DNA from: Candidatus Latescibacterota bacterium
GTDB lineage: Bacteria; Latescibacterota; UBA2968; UBA8231
Assembly (NCBI GenBank): GCA_965223905.1
Contig: CBDCXV010000001.1
Span: 1,568,001-1,632,000 of the forward strand
Length of the DNA stretch: 64,000 nucleotides
Direction: 5' to 3'
Shown: piece after piece, positions 1-10,696 of the stretch
Numbering within the stretch: position 1 is the stretch's first letter
How the letters are laid out: every line of letters starts with the position of its first letter
Notes under the pieces: generated by a model
The model's input: only the letters and a program-made list of their open reading frames with translations
Database searches by the model: none
What the model was told of the DNA's origin: nothing
Program-made: the position numbers and the translations under genes

Positions 1-1
1 G

Positions 2-625
2 GTGCGGGCCGAACGCTCTCCCCAGGACTTCCACACCGTGCTGAGAAGCTGGCGCGCTGTCCCGTACGCCGCCCTTGAGAAGGGCGAGCTGGCCGGGTAC
101 GTCGCCGTGAGCCTGGAGGGGAACGAACTGGCGGAGGTGGTGGGACGGGACGGAGACACGGCGTTCGAGATCGCCCGCGCCTGGGTCGAGCAGGGGGACG
201 CGGAGAGCCTGACCCTTGCTGTGGGACCGCTGGCCGGCCGCTTCCTCCACCGGCTCGGTGAGGTCTGCGAGGCGTCGGCGCTGCGCGGCTCGGGGAACTG
301 GCAGGTGTTCGACTGGCCCGGGGTGATCTCCGCCCTGCTCGCCGCCAAGGCCGCCGCAGCCCCTTCCGGTGCGCCGCTGGCGGACGGGCGCGTGACCCTC
401 GGCATAGGGGGCTACGGCGCCGTCGCGATCTCCGCAGCCGCCGGCGAGGTCTCGTGCGAACGGGTAGAGGAGCCGCCGGCGATCTCCTGCGACCCCCATC
501 TCGCCCACCGGCTGCTGTTCGGTCCGCTGGGGCCGTCGCAGTCGCTCCCGTTGCCGAAGGTGGCCGCGGCGCTGGAGTCCTGGTGCCCGCTGCCGCTTTT
601 CTGGCCCAGGCAGGACGCCGTGTGA
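2..625 (+). CDS. 5'-truncated GNAT/Eis-like acetyltransferase, C-terminal part
   Basis: ORF runs off the window edge. It has a GNAT-like core (GELAGYV...ELAEVVG) and an SCP2-like tail ending PLPLFWPRQDAV. Confidence 0.5.
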   Translation: MRAERSPQDFHTVLRSWRAVPYAALEKGELAGYVAVSLEGNELAEVVGRDGDTAFEIARAWVEQGDAESLTLAVGPLAGRFLHRLGEVCEASALRGSGNWQVFDWPGVISALLAAKAAAAPSGAPLADGRVTLGIGGYGAVAISAAAGEVSCERVEEPPAISCDPHLAHRLLFGPLGPSQSLPLPKVAAALESWCPLPLFWPRQDAV

Positions 626-983
626 GCGGCGCCGGCTGGAGGCCGGACCGCACTGTCGCAGGCGGGAGCCAGGATCGGTGGAGGCTTGGCAGCGAAGTAG
701 TGGGGCCGTCATCGAGCGGCGCCCGGGGTAACCGGGGCGCGCATCCGCCGGGTGAAGGCCGTACTCTGTCGGACCAGCTTCTTCCGGCATGGTAAGGGCT
801 TTCCCACACCAGGCGTGGTGACCGCGGCCGCACAGACTCCGCCCCCTTTGCGGTCCCCCACTCACAGCAGTTGGATTTCCGACCGGCAGTCAGGCCGCTT
901 GAGTGCTCCCCAAATGTGCCTGGGAATGCCGCCTGCAACCGACCGCTTCTCGAAGCCCGAAAGACCCCGGGATACGGCCGGCC

Positions 984-1370
984 TCACTTCCCCTTCTTCT
1001 GCCGGTTTTCCGCCTCCGCCTTTCTGATGAGCGCCACCAGCCCCTCGAGCTCCTCTTCCTCGAGCATGCTGCCGAAGCCGGGCATGCCTGCCCGCGGGAT
1101 GCCGGCGGCGATGTTGGTGCGGACGCGGCCGTCATCGCCTCCGTACATCCAGACGCCGTCGACGAGGCTCTTGCTGCGGCCCCCCTCCATGCTCTCGCCG
1201 TGACAGTGGGCGCACAGGTTGGCGTAGGTCGCCATGGCCGCGGCCTCTTGCGCGGCCGTCATGGCCGGGACCTTTGCCGCCGCGGGGGTGGCGTCATCGG
1301 TTTCCTGCGAGCCGTTGTCGCAGCTCGAGGCGAGGAGCGCGGCCCCGAGAATGAGTCCGTACCGGGTCAT
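984..1370 (-). CDS. Mono-heme c-type cytochrome lipoprotein
   Basis: CAHCH heme motif, distal Met (GMPGF) and a lipobox-like signal (LLASSC). Start placed at MTRYG. Confidence 0.8.
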   Translation of the reverse strand: MTRYGLILGAALLASSCDNGSQETDDATPAAAKVPAMTAAQEAAAMATYANLCAHCHGESMEGGRSKSLVDGVWMYGGDDGRVRTNIAAGIPRAGMPGFGSMLEEEELEGLVALIRKAEAENRQKKGK

Positions 1371-1686
1371 TGGCGAAGGTCGACAGGTTGGTGAAGGGGA
1401 TTGCCCTGCCGGGAGATTACCCACGCGATGGCAAGCCGGCCGAGGTTGTCAGACAGGCGCACCGGGCGTGCCGGGAGATTATCCCGGCGACCGCCTGAAT
1501 ATACGGTCCTGTATCCTCGAAATCCGCGAATGGGCCGAGGCTCCATCCTGCCTGTCGGTTTCCCTCGCCCCTCGAGGAACGCCACCCGGGGCGGGTTGGA
1601 CCGGACGCCTGTTTCCTCCCTACTGGTCCCCCACTTCCAGGTAAATGTGCCGATCAACACCGGCCGACAACCGAAAAAGGAAGAGC

Positions 1687-2100
1687 ATGAACCACATCCA
1701 CACCCCCGAAGACCTCGCGCCTTTCGCCGGGTTTCTGCACCGCCCCGAGCCGGAGGGGTTCTCCACCATCATCGCCGGCCCGCCCGGGATCTACGGACCG
1801 GATAAGACCGGGAAGGAGCTGAACCAGTTTCCGACGCGGCGGATTCAGCTCTCCATCCACACCTGGCCTCCCGGCAAGGCGCACGGCAGCCACAGCCACG
1901 AATCCTGGGAGCAGTGCTACTACATCTTCTCAGGACAGGCGAGAATCAGGGTGGGAAAGGAAGAGAGGATGGTCGGTCCGGGCGGCTCCGCCTTCATGCC
2001 CCCCGGGGTTGAGCACGACATCGAGGCGGTCGGGGAGGAGGAGCTGGTCGCCGCGGTCGTCACCTGTCACCTCGACGACCGGGACCTTTCGGGTTCGTGA
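1687..2100 (+). CDS. Cupin domain protein
   Basis: Cupin motifs HSHESWEQCYYIFSG and PPGVEH; AAGGAAG RBS upstream. Confidence 0.85.
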   Translation: MNHIHTPEDLAPFAGFLHRPEPEGFSTIIAGPPGIYGPDKTGKELNQFPTRRIQLSIHTWPPGKAHGSHSHESWEQCYYIFSGQARIRVGKEERMVGPGGSAFMPPGVEHDIEAVGEEELVAAVVTCHLDDRDLSGS

Positions 2101-2317
2101 TGGGAAGGGCTCCGCGGTTCATCTGGTCGCCTGAAGAGCGTTCAACACCGGCCAGCCGGCTGAGTGGAACGCGGGATGGCGTGCCCTCGCGCGGCCGGCA
2201 GGGTGACTTCGCTGAACCGGGCGGGGGACGCCGCCCAAATTGCATCCCGAATCCTGTTGCATGGATCGCCGAGCCCAAGGTCGCGGGTGCAGCCAAATCC
2301 CAACCGCCACTCGCAGT

Positions 2318-3250
2318 TCAGGGCTTCCCCGCGCTCCCGCCCGGGTCGCGCTGTACCAGGGCCACCCCAACCGAGATGACGATGCCGCCGGCCACCGCGG
2401 TGGCGAGGCTGGCCGGCACCCGCAGCCCCAGGCCCGGAGCGGCGGCGTCGACGAACACCTGCAGGGCCACGGTCAGGAACGAGACCGACAGAAAAAGCAC
2501 GGCGCACCGGGAAGCGCCGATCTGCCTCATGGCCGCGTTGTAGGTCGCCCAGGATATCCCGAGCAGCAGGCCGCGGACCACAATCAGCAGGAGGAACAGA
2601 GGCGCGGTGAGCAGGGAAGGCCCCTTCGGAAGGCTGTTGTCGGCGTAGAGAAAGGGCCCCAGGCAGACGGCGCCCGCGATCAGCCCGAGCCCGGAGACGA
2701 AGCGGGCGTCCCGCCGCATCAGCAGCGGCTTCAGGATGACGATGCCGGCGGCCACCGCGAGGGCGGCGGACAGGGTCAGGGCGTCCCCCCAGGAAAGCGC
2801 CGGCTGCAGGACCCCGGGATCGAAGCTGATCAGCGTGGCCCCGGCGAGCGCCAGGAAGGAGGCTGACCAGTGCCGGGCCGACCAGCGTTCTCCGAGAAAG
2901 ATCACGGCGAAAGCGACGACGAAGATCGCCTCGACGCGGCCGAGCAGGATGACCTTGCTGGAGCCGACCCGGGCGATGGCGGCGAACAGCATCACGAACC
3001 CGGCCGCGTAGATCGTCACTCCAGAGATAGCCAAGCGAAGCCAGTCCCCCGCGGGCCAGCCCTGCCAGGGGCGGCCCCCGCGAAGGAACGGGAGGAGCAG
3101 GAAGACCCCGCCGACGATGTTCGCCAGGAAGGCGATCTGCAGGGTGGTCGCCGCGTAGAAGTTGAGGGCGATCTCGGTGAGCAGCAGTCCGGCCGCGGCA
3201 GCCGCGGCCGAGACCAGCACATACAGCGAGCAGCGGAGGTCCGCCTTCAT
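2318..3250 (-). CDS. DMT/EamA family transporter
   Basis: About 10 hydrophobic segments in two repeats; AVIFLGER motif. Confidence 0.85.
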   Translation of the reverse strand: MKADLRCSLYVLVSAAAAAAGLLLTEIALNFYAATTLQIAFLANIVGGVFLLLPFLRGGRPWQGWPAGDWLRLAISGVTIYAAGFVMLFAAIARVGSSKVILLGRVEAIFVVAFAVIFLGERWSARHWSASFLALAGATLISFDPGVLQPALSWGDALTLSAALAVAAGIVILKPLLMRRDARFVSGLGLIAGAVCLGPFLYADNSLPKGPSLLTAPLFLLLIVVRGLLLGISWATYNAAMRQIGASRCAVLFLSVSFLTVALQVFVDAAAPGLGLRVPASLATAVAGGIVISVGVALVQRDPGGSAGKP

Positions 3251-3314
3251 GCAGCGCTGTTGCGATTCACGAGCCGGCCTGTTTGCAGATCAATCGGGGT
3301 GCACTGTGCGGGAG

Positions 3315-5369
3315 TCACTCCAGCAATGCCTTCAGCAGGGCATCCGGGGTGCCGGAGTAGAACTGCACGTTGACGCGCGTCGCCATGTCGTCGGAGAGAT
3401 CGAACAACTGCTTCCGATCCGAGACAGGGATCAGCACCGTTTCCGCCCCTTTCTCGACCGCGGCTTCCACGATGCCGACGGCATTCGCCAATGGCTCCAC
3501 CGAGCCTCCGAGGTTAAGGGCACCCACCACGATCAGGCCGCCCTTCAGGCTCTTCTCCAGCAAGGCGCCACAGAGCGCCAGCAACGCCGGCAGTCCGAGA
3601 GACGCCCCCGAACGATCATTGTCCATGGCGCGAAGCTGCACGGAGAATTCATGGCTTCGGGGGTCGCGGTCTCCAACCAGCTCCCTCGCCCGGGTGTACA
3701 GGTTCTGCTCGGCGTACCGGGTGCTCTCGCGAAACGCCTGAGGGACGGGCGAATTCAGAATCCTTACCCCGCTGCCCCGGCCCGTCGTAACCTCGATTCG
3801 ATACAGGGAGGGGCCCGTCTCCTGCCCGCCCGGACCGATTCCCCACACCTGGCCCGGAGGCAACGGGTCCGGATCGATGGCGTCGTCGCTGCGCAGCTCC
3901 GGCGTGGCGACGAACTTCTCTATTCCGTCTTCGCCCATCGCGTAACTGAACTGGGTGTTGCGGAACTCGCTCTTGAACACCCGCTTCTGCTGCTCCTTGA
4001 CCCGGCGGCGGGTCTCCATAGCCAGGCGCACCAGCGGCTCCAACTCATCGTCCGGAACCGACATCTCCGGGTCCGGGTACAACAGCTTGAGCAGGCCGCT
4101 CACGGTCTTGTTGACCGCGGTGATGTCCCGTCCGCTGAGCGCGCCGCCGTAGTTCACTCTTCCCTGCAATTGCTGAACGCGGCTGCCGGTGCGCAACCGG
4201 CTCCAGCACTCCGAGAGGAAATCGCTGACCAGGCCGAAGTGGCTGGTGAAGTGCTCGTTCGGGTTGAGCTTGGGGAAGTCCCATCCGGGCACGTAGGCAT
4301 GGATGCGATCCATGAAGGCCGTATCGTCGCGCATGTCCGCGGACAGGGGACTGAACAGGTGCCCGACCCGTTGCTGGTGCTCGACCTCCACGTCGAGGTT
4401 GCCGACCATGACTACGCCGCCATCTGCGCGAATGCTCTCCTTGCCGCGCGAGAACTCGCCTGACTCCATGTACCCCTTGAGAATGTTGACGCCGTCCTTC
4501 TGATCGAAGGAGACGCTGGCAATCTCGTCGAAACAGACCACGTCGTATTGGCAGACGAGGCCGCGCTGCCCCGTGGCGTTGTTGACGAACATCTTGGCAA
4601 CCGTCGCCTTGCCGCCGGAGATCAAGTGGGCGTAGGGGGAGATCTGCTGGAACAGGTGGCTCTTGCCGGTCCCGCGCGGCCCCAGCTCGACCATGTTGTA
4701 GTTGCGCTCGACGAACGGCGTCATCCGGATCAGCGCGACCATCTGCGCTCTTTCGGAGAGCGCGGCGGGCTCCAGTCCGATGCTGCGCAGCAGGATTCGC
4801 TTCCACTCCTCGCTGGTAAACTGGCTGCGGCCGTGCCGGAGGGTATCCAGCGTGTCGGCTTTGGAGAGCTGAATGGCGCGGAGACCATCTACGGCAAAGG
4901 GGCGCCCGTTCTTCTCCTGGGCGATGGCGGCGTCGTAGCTCAGCGTCACCTCGGCGTAGAAGCCGTCGGTCAGCATGCGCTCGTGCTGCTTGACCAGACT
5001 GTCGTCGATACGGACATCCTTGAGCGCGAGGCTGGGAAGCTCGGCAATCAGCGAATCAGTCCTGGCGTCCAACCTCGCCTTGACGATGTCGATCAGCTTG
5101 ATGGAACCGAGGTCGCGCGCCCGCGCCTTGAACAGCTCTTCTTCCCCGCTCCGTACCGTGCGGTCGGCCAGCTGCCGCTCCACGATTTCGAGCCCTTCCT
5201 CGATTTCCCGCTCGTCGGTGGTGGCGCAGTAGCGCCCGAGCAGGAACTCGACGACGTAGGTGGGAACCGGGTACTGGCGACTGTACTTGCGCACAAGGTC
5301 CTTGCGGACCAGGTAGCCGTCGAAGGCCTTTGCCGCCCGCTGGTCGAGTTCGTCGAGTTCCAGTCTCAC
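3315..5369 (-). CDS. brxL: BREX Lon-like protease/ATPase BrxL
   Basis: N-terminal VRKDLV..YPVPTYVVEFLLGRYC, Walker A GPRGTGKS, Walker B VCFDE, Lon-like C-terminus; overlaps the pglZ stop. Confidence 0.95.
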   Translation of the reverse strand: MRLELDELDQRAAKAFDGYLVRKDLVRKYSRQYPVPTYVVEFLLGRYCATTDEREIEEGLEIVERQLADRTVRSGEEELFKARARDLGSIKLIDIVKARLDARTDSLIAELPSLALKDVRIDDSLVKQHERMLTDGFYAEVTLSYDAAIAQEKNGRPFAVDGLRAIQLSKADTLDTLRHGRSQFTSEEWKRILLRSIGLEPAALSERAQMVALIRMTPFVERNYNMVELGPRGTGKSHLFQQISPYAHLISGGKATVAKMFVNNATGQRGLVCQYDVVCFDEIASVSFDQKDGVNILKGYMESGEFSRGKESIRADGGVVMVGNLDVEVEHQQRVGHLFSPLSADMRDDTAFMDRIHAYVPGWDFPKLNPNEHFTSHFGLVSDFLSECWSRLRTGSRVQQLQGRVNYGGALSGRDITAVNKTVSGLLKLLYPDPEMSVPDDELEPLVRLAMETRRRVKEQQKRVFKSEFRNTQFSYAMGEDGIEKFVATPELRSDDAIDPDPLPPGQVWGIGPGGQETGPSLYRIEVTTGRGSGVRILNSPVPQAFRESTRYAEQNLYTRARELVGDRDPRSHEFSVQLRAMDNDRSGASLGLPALLALCGALLEKSLKGGLIVVGALNLGGSVEPLANAVGIVEAAVEKGAETVLIPVSDRKQLFDLSDDMATRVNVQFYSGTPDALLKALLE

Positions 5370-7696
5370 TGTTCACCTCCGATGATCGTCGACTGCTGCG
5401 CGATGACTTGACCGCCGGCATCGAGGACGACAATCGCCGCGGTTGTTCCCTCGAGCTCATCGTCGCCGACCAACAGGCTTGCGGCGCCATCGCCATCCAC
5501 GGGACGCGCGGTGCTGACGCTCGAATTCGCGTCTCCTATGCGGGTCCTCAGATCGACCGAGAGTCCCGGAAGGACGGGCTCGACCCGCACCCGGCACCGG
5601 AAGCCGACCCAGGAGAGGTCGGCAATGCGAATGTCGACCGTTCCAGAGCCCGCCCCCCCGGTGATCCGAATAACCGGGACCAGGCTCTCCTGGAGACTCA
5701 AGCCTCCGTGGGCGTACTCGTGGCCCTCTACGAAGCAGGCGATTCCGGGCGCAACTGCGATACGTTCCTGGGGGTTCCAATCCCAACTCACGACCGGCGT
5801 CTCGACGTTGGAGCCGCCCTCGATGGCCGCGCAGCGCGCCCAACGGCTGATGGTCAGATACCTGGGCAGGTCGACCTTCGGCAGGCCGCCCGGAAGCCAC
5901 AGCCAACCGTGATCCGTCACCACGCGAACCTCCTTCCACCCTTCATCCAACAGCATCGCAACCCGTTCGCGCAGCAGCTCGATCTGGTCGTCGATTCGGG
6001 GGGCCAGTCCCGCTTTCAGCAAATGGCCCAGCTTGTCTATCTCTCCATGCTCGGTCCAGGCCCGGCCCGAAGGATCTCCCGTCTCGTTCGATCCGAGGCA
6101 CTGGTATCCGGCAGCCTCCAGGAGCCCGCGAAATCGATCGGTGGTCAAGGGGCGTTCGGTGTCCGCGGTTACCGGCTGGAATTGCTCCCCCAGGGAAAGG
6201 CCCGTGATGCCCTTGATCACCGGCGAGACCGCCGGCTTCGAGGTCGCGGTAACTGTGGGGTGAGCGGACCATTGCGTTGCCGTCGACACGGAACGGCCCC
6301 CTGTCCGCAGCAGCTCAACGAGGCGCTGGGACACGTCGAAACGCAGGCCGTCCGCGAAGAGAATCACCGTCCCGGGTTCAATCCGCGAATCATAGGATTC
6401 CTGCCGGTCGCGTACCACAACCGGCCGTTCCAGCGCCTGCAGATGCCGGGCGGCGGACTCCAGCCAGGGACGGTAGATCGCGTCCAGGGCCCGGCTTACG
6501 GCATGGGTATCCGCGGCCGACTTCACCGCGGCCATGCTGCGGAGGGCCGCATCGTCGATTTTCCAGGCCTCCTCGGCGTACAGCTCTGCCATCTGCTCAA
6601 TGGAGGCACCGCCCAGCTCGCTGGAAGCGCCCGACGCCAAAACGGCCAAGTGCTCGAGAGCATCCGCCAGAGGTGCCTTGCCCAGCTTCGCCCAGACCCA
6701 GCCGCGTCGTTCTCCGTGCTTCTTTTCGAGCTCGATGACTTTTTTCCGGGCTGCGGCCGGTGGGCCTTCGAGTTTCTGAAGAGCCTCCCGCAGGACGTTT
6801 TCGTCCGCTTCGTTGTTCTGGGGCCAGGAAGAACGCTGGGCGAACAGGTCGTTCGGCATGGCCTTGCCCAACAACTCGGGCACACCCGCGAACGGCGCCG
6901 GGGACTCGGCAAAACGGTTCCATACCGGTTCCCAGGTCCCTTCGCGCTTCCCGAGCAGCTCCGCCGCGGCCAGGTCACCGTCCTTCTGCGGGTCGAAGCC
7001 GAAATCCGCCTGGCAACGCGACCGGAAGGCATTCCACCTCGCACCAGTCCAGCGGCCCTTCACCTGCTCGGAGTCGCTCATCCAGGTCAGCACGTCCCTG
7101 ACCGGATCGTCGGAGAAGAGGCGGTCGAAATCCTCCGCTTCGAGGCGCCGGCCTTGCAGGGACTGCACCGGGGTGGCAGCCAGCTCCGCGAGAGCGCGGT
7201 GCATGGCATCACGAGTGGCCGCGTCCTTGGCGATGTCCAGTCCAAGGCCGCCGTCCGGGGATGCGAGGAAGGCTTCCACCGTCCAGTCCCTGCCGTTCCT
7301 CTGTTTCCAGCAGGCTCCTCGGTACTGGAGCTCGACCAGGGGTTTCAGGTGATGCGGGCAGGATTCCGCGGCGCCCAGTTCCCCGCGGCCCACACCGGGC
7401 AGGTAGAGGACCGGCGTCGACCCGTCGGGGATCTGGGGAGGCACCGGAGCCCTCTCGATGACGCAACGCAGCCAGATCGCGGGTCCGCTGCGGTTCTCAG
7501 GATCGTACTCGCCCAGGAGCAGCAGGTGCGGCATGAGGGGGAGCAGCTGCGGGATGATGGGCTGCCAGCGCGCGTCGGGGTCCGTCCACAAGATGGCTGC
7601 CGGCTGCACGGCGTCGTTCGGGTTGTGGGCGGCAGCGGTTTCGAGGGACGCCTTCAGTCTCTCTACTACGGTCAGCGCAGGGTCGACGTCATGCAT
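5366..7696 (-). CDS. pglZ: BREX PglZ alkaline-phosphatase-domain protein (type B-like)
   Basis: FADGLRFD, VVTDHG and YAHGGLSLQE PglZ motifs; lies directly upstream of brxL. Confidence 0.93.
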   Translation of the reverse strand: MHDVDPALTVVERLKASLETAAAHNPNDAVQPAAILWTDPDARWQPIIPQLLPLMPHLLLLGEYDPENRSGPAIWLRCVIERAPVPPQIPDGSTPVLYLPGVGRGELGAAESCPHHLKPLVELQYRGACWKQRNGRDWTVEAFLASPDGGLGLDIAKDAATRDAMHRALAELAATPVQSLQGRRLEAEDFDRLFSDDPVRDVLTWMSDSEQVKGRWTGARWNAFRSRCQADFGFDPQKDGDLAAAELLGKREGTWEPVWNRFAESPAPFAGVPELLGKAMPNDLFAQRSSWPQNNEADENVLREALQKLEGPPAAARKKVIELEKKHGERRGWVWAKLGKAPLADALEHLAVLASGASSELGGASIEQMAELYAEEAWKIDDAALRSMAAVKSAADTHAVSRALDAIYRPWLESAARHLQALERPVVVRDRQESYDSRIEPGTVILFADGLRFDVSQRLVELLRTGGRSVSTATQWSAHPTVTATSKPAVSPVIKGITGLSLGEQFQPVTADTERPLTTDRFRGLLEAAGYQCLGSNETGDPSGRAWTEHGEIDKLGHLLKAGLAPRIDDQIELLRERVAMLLDEGWKEVRVVTDHGWLWLPGGLPKVDLPRYLTISRWARCAAIEGGSNVETPVVSWDWNPQERIAVAPGIACFVEGHEYAHGGLSLQESLVPVIRITGGAGSGTVDIRIADLSWVGFRCRVRVEPVLPGLSVDLRTRIGDANSSVSTARPVDGDGAASLLVGDDELEGTTAAIVVLDAGGQVIAQQSTIIGGEQ

Positions 7697-8927
7697 GGGC
7701 GCTTCTGCGCAGTGTCAACCTCAAATGGTCCTCAGTCGCCTCGAACTCCGGGTCGACCCCGTTATGCGCCCGCATCAGCGGGATAATCTTGTTTCGGACC
7801 CCCATACCGCGGGCGTCCGCGTAGTTGTAGTCGCGCAACACTTCGGAGATGAGCAGATTCCGCGGCACCCGCTGGCCCGCCACCATCTTGTCGACCGTCA
7901 TGCCGTTTTGGAGGGCTCCGGGGCTCAGAATCTCCACGCGGTCCTCATATCGGAATACTTCGGCCTCCTGGTAGCGCGTCCAGTCCCGGTGGGCAAGCGC
8001 ATTGACGATACCTTCGCGCAAGGCTTCCAATGGGTAGTGCCAATGCCGTTCCCTGCGGAGGGATTCATCCACTTCGCTGCTTTCTTCGGATACGAACGGC
8101 CGCATGGCGTCCATGAGGCGGTCGATGAGACCCTTTTCAACCAGTTCCCGGCCGCCGGACAATACGCGCCACAGACCGACGAGCGGTCCCTCGATCACCT
8201 GATCGTCCAGGGCATCGTAGGCCTTGTCCCGATCCTTGAAGCATATCCAGCGGACGCCGGCGTGACGCAACAGGCGGCGGGGCCGGTAGCCGAACAGGAT
8301 CAGACCCGCAATCGTGCAGGCGGGCGGCGCGTCTTCCCGCTCGACCATGAAGCCGAGTGCGCAAAGGCGCTCGTGCCACGCAGCATCGGTCTGGGGCGCG
8401 TTCGCATCGCCCGTGAAGGCGGTGAGGTAGTCCGCCAGCCGTTCACGGCTGAGGTCGGCGAGACCGCTGCCGGAGACGGGCAGCAGCTCCGTGTGGATCA
8501 GCCCTCCGGCCGCGAACAGCCGCGCCTGTTGTTCGCGGCTGGCGAGCCGCGAAGTGCTGCCGACTCGCACGTAGATTTCCTCGCGACCCCGATGCCGGAC
8601 GACATACGGTTTGGTAACGCCTTGGCTGACCGTGATGACCGCGACCCGGCGAGCGCCGTCTATCGCGACTTCTTCATAGAACGGCAGCATTACCGGATGG
8701 ACCGCCTGTCCGAACACGGCATCCATTACCCAGTGTTCGAGACCTTCGCGACGGATACCGGTAATGGCGCCATCGTCCTCCACGCCGAGAAGAATGCGGC
8801 CGCCTTGGAAGTTGGCGAGGGCGACGACCTCCCGAGCCAGTTGCTCGGGGCGCAGATCGTCGCGCTTGAACTCGACTCCGGAGTTCTCGCCATTGGCAAT
8901 CAGCTCCATGAGCGTGGCCTTGTTCAT
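7689..8927 (-). CDS. AlbA_2 (Schlafen-like) + HATPase_c_4 (RecG-C-like) ATP-binding protein
   Basis: GENSGVEFK, VALANFQGG and LGVEDDG (AlbA_2); REGIVNALAHRD, SPG and RGMG (HATPase_c_4). Confidence 0.88.
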   Translation of the reverse strand: MNKATLMELIANGENSGVEFKRDDLRPEQLAREVVALANFQGGRILLGVEDDGAITGIRREGLEHWVMDAVFGQAVHPVMLPFYEEVAIDGARRVAVITVSQGVTKPYVVRHRGREEIYVRVGSTSRLASREQQARLFAAGGLIHTELLPVSGSGLADLSRERLADYLTAFTGDANAPQTDAAWHERLCALGFMVEREDAPPACTIAGLILFGYRPRRLLRHAGVRWICFKDRDKAYDALDDQVIEGPLVGLWRVLSGGRELVEKGLIDRLMDAMRPFVSEESSEVDESLRRERHWHYPLEALREGIVNALAHRDWTRYQEAEVFRYEDRVEILSPGALQNGMTVDKMVAGQRVPRNLLISEVLRDYNYADARGMGVRNKIIPLMRAHNGVDPEFEATEDHLRLTLRRSAHA

Positions 8928-9766
8928 GGGGCCGATCCCCCGGGTGCCGCGTAGATCGTCAGGAGAAGCTCGGCATCGCCGAACAGCCGGTATTCCGGCT
9001 CCCTTCCGGAGATCTCTGCGCTCCGATCGAAGATCGCCGCCACGCCCTCGCCGCGGCGATCCATCAATCTGTCGCTTTGCGTGTCGAGACCGGCGATGCA
9101 CGGGACAGCGCATCGGGTCAGCAGGGCTGCGATCGCTTCGTTGCGGGTCGCCTGGCGGTAAGCGAGCGTTTCGACGGTCAGCGATCCCGCCAGTCCACCC
9201 GGCGAATACAGATCGATGCGATCCGCGAACATCTTAAGCCGGATCTTCGACCCATACGCGGAATAGTCGCGGTGGGCCACGGCATTGACCACCGCCTCGA
9301 AGACCGCGGTCATGTCGTATTGCGGATAGTCCACCCGGCCCATGGTCTTTCGCGCCGCCACCTTCTGGTTCTTGAGGACGAAGTGGCAGGCGTCAGCCAC
9401 CTGCACGTCAAGCGGCCCGAAGAGGTCTCGGGCATCTACCTGGTAGTAGTGGAACTGCATCGATTCCGAGACGCTCTTGCCCCGGTAGGCCACCGCCTGG
9501 ATGAAGGCGTTGCGCACCCAGCGTTCCGGGTGACGGGTGCAAAGCAGGATGCCCGCGACCGTCGGCCTCAGCTCGCCGTCCTCATCGGGTGAGGCGATGG
9601 CCAGCTTCTGCGCGAGGGCTTCCCGGTCATCCCGGGCGCGCGGCGCGCGGAAACGCTCGATCAGGGCCGGGTCGATGTCGTCGAAGGCGGCGTCTGCGAC
9701 GACCTCCTCATCGAAAGGGGCAAGCTGCTGGATCAGCTGCCGGAGTTGGTCGGGTGACTCAGGCAT
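8924..9766 (-). CDS. HATPase_c_4 ATP-binding protein lacking the AlbA_2 N-terminus
   Basis: EAVVNAVAHRDYS, SPGG and RGEG motifs; N-terminal AlbA_2 motifs absent. Confidence 0.8.
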   Translation of the reverse strand: MPESPDQLRQLIQQLAPFDEEVVADAAFDDIDPALIERFRAPRARDDREALAQKLAIASPDEDGELRPTVAGILLCTRHPERWVRNAFIQAVAYRGKSVSESMQFHYYQVDARDLFGPLDVQVADACHFVLKNQKVAARKTMGRVDYPQYDMTAVFEAVVNAVAHRDYSAYGSKIRLKMFADRIDLYSPGGLAGSLTVETLAYRQATRNEAIAALLTRCAVPCIAGLDTQSDRLMDRRGEGVAAIFDRSAEISGREPEYRLFGDAELLLTIYAAPGGSAP

Positions 9767-9800
9767 TCCGTTGGACCGTTCTTACCATGCCGTATCAGGG

Positions 9801-10016
9801 TCAACCAACCCGTGAATATGGATAGAAATCGCGGATGTACATGTTGAGGAATCGCCCCTTGGAGGAAGCCTCCATCATCTGGTCATGAATGTGGCCAGGC
9901 ACACCGTAGTATTGGTATACCCAACCACTCAGAAATTCGACCTCGAGGGTTTGGGTCTGGGGGTCATATCCCATTGATCTCACGGTCGACGACGCAGCAA
10001 CTGGATGCTTGTCCAT
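9801..10016 (-). CDS. KTSC domain protein
   Basis: SSTVRSMGYD..TLEVEF..G.VYQYYGVP..ASSKGRF signature. Confidence 0.9.
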   Translation of the reverse strand: MDKHPVAASSTVRSMGYDPQTQTLEVEFLSGWVYQYYGVPGHIHDQMMEASSKGRFLNMYIRDFYPYSRVG

Positions 10017-10053
10017 GGTCTGCACCATTCGTTTGTCGAATCCAAATAGCATT

Positions 10054-10679
10054 CTACTTCTGCAGCAATCGATTCGTCCATTCCTGATCTATTTTGGCGA
10101 GCCTCTTCTTGTCAATTCCAATTCGTGATCCAAAACGCTTGTACTCCGCGTTTCGGAGGAAACGACATAGCACCCAGGATAGAACTGGAATCGCCGATCT
10201 GTTTAGTCTCTTGCACTCATTTCTCAACCTTTCCCGGTTAATCCTTCCGGTTCGGATTTTTGCTTCTGCGGCGGTCAAGAGGTCCGAGGGCGGCAAATCC
10301 TCTAGTCTTGCGGCCTCGGCCCAAAGAAGATCTATCAAGATGAGACATCTACGCCGAATACCATCGTGGTAAATCAGCCAATTTTGAACCTCTTTCCTGA
10401 TCCTCGTGTGTTGAGGGCAAGAAAATTGTGCATCGGACGGGTATGTTTTGACTGACTCTCTATCTCGTCTCGGCCAAGGACTTGATAGTATTCGTCCTCG
10501 TCGCGCCCAATAAAGACGACGATACCCCAGGCCCCTATGTTATCCCTCCATCTCCGGCGGTACTCCTCTATCAGTGCAAGCTGGCTCTGGCGGCGCTGGG
10601 CTCGGAGTATCCCAATCTGCGCAATTCCCACAATTACCAGGAGAGTTGTCGACAACGCTGTGATTGTGCTGCTATTCAT
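10054..10679 (-). pseudogene. Low-GC hypothetical membrane-anchored protein split into two frames
   Basis: ORF 10374-10691 has an N-terminal TM. The frame of ORF 10054-10338 stays open upstream (RKEVQNWLIYHDGIRRRCLILIDLLW) and overlaps the first ORF, consistent with a frameshift or deletion. Confidence 0.5.
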
Positions 10680-10696
10680 CCCAATTTCCACTTCGG

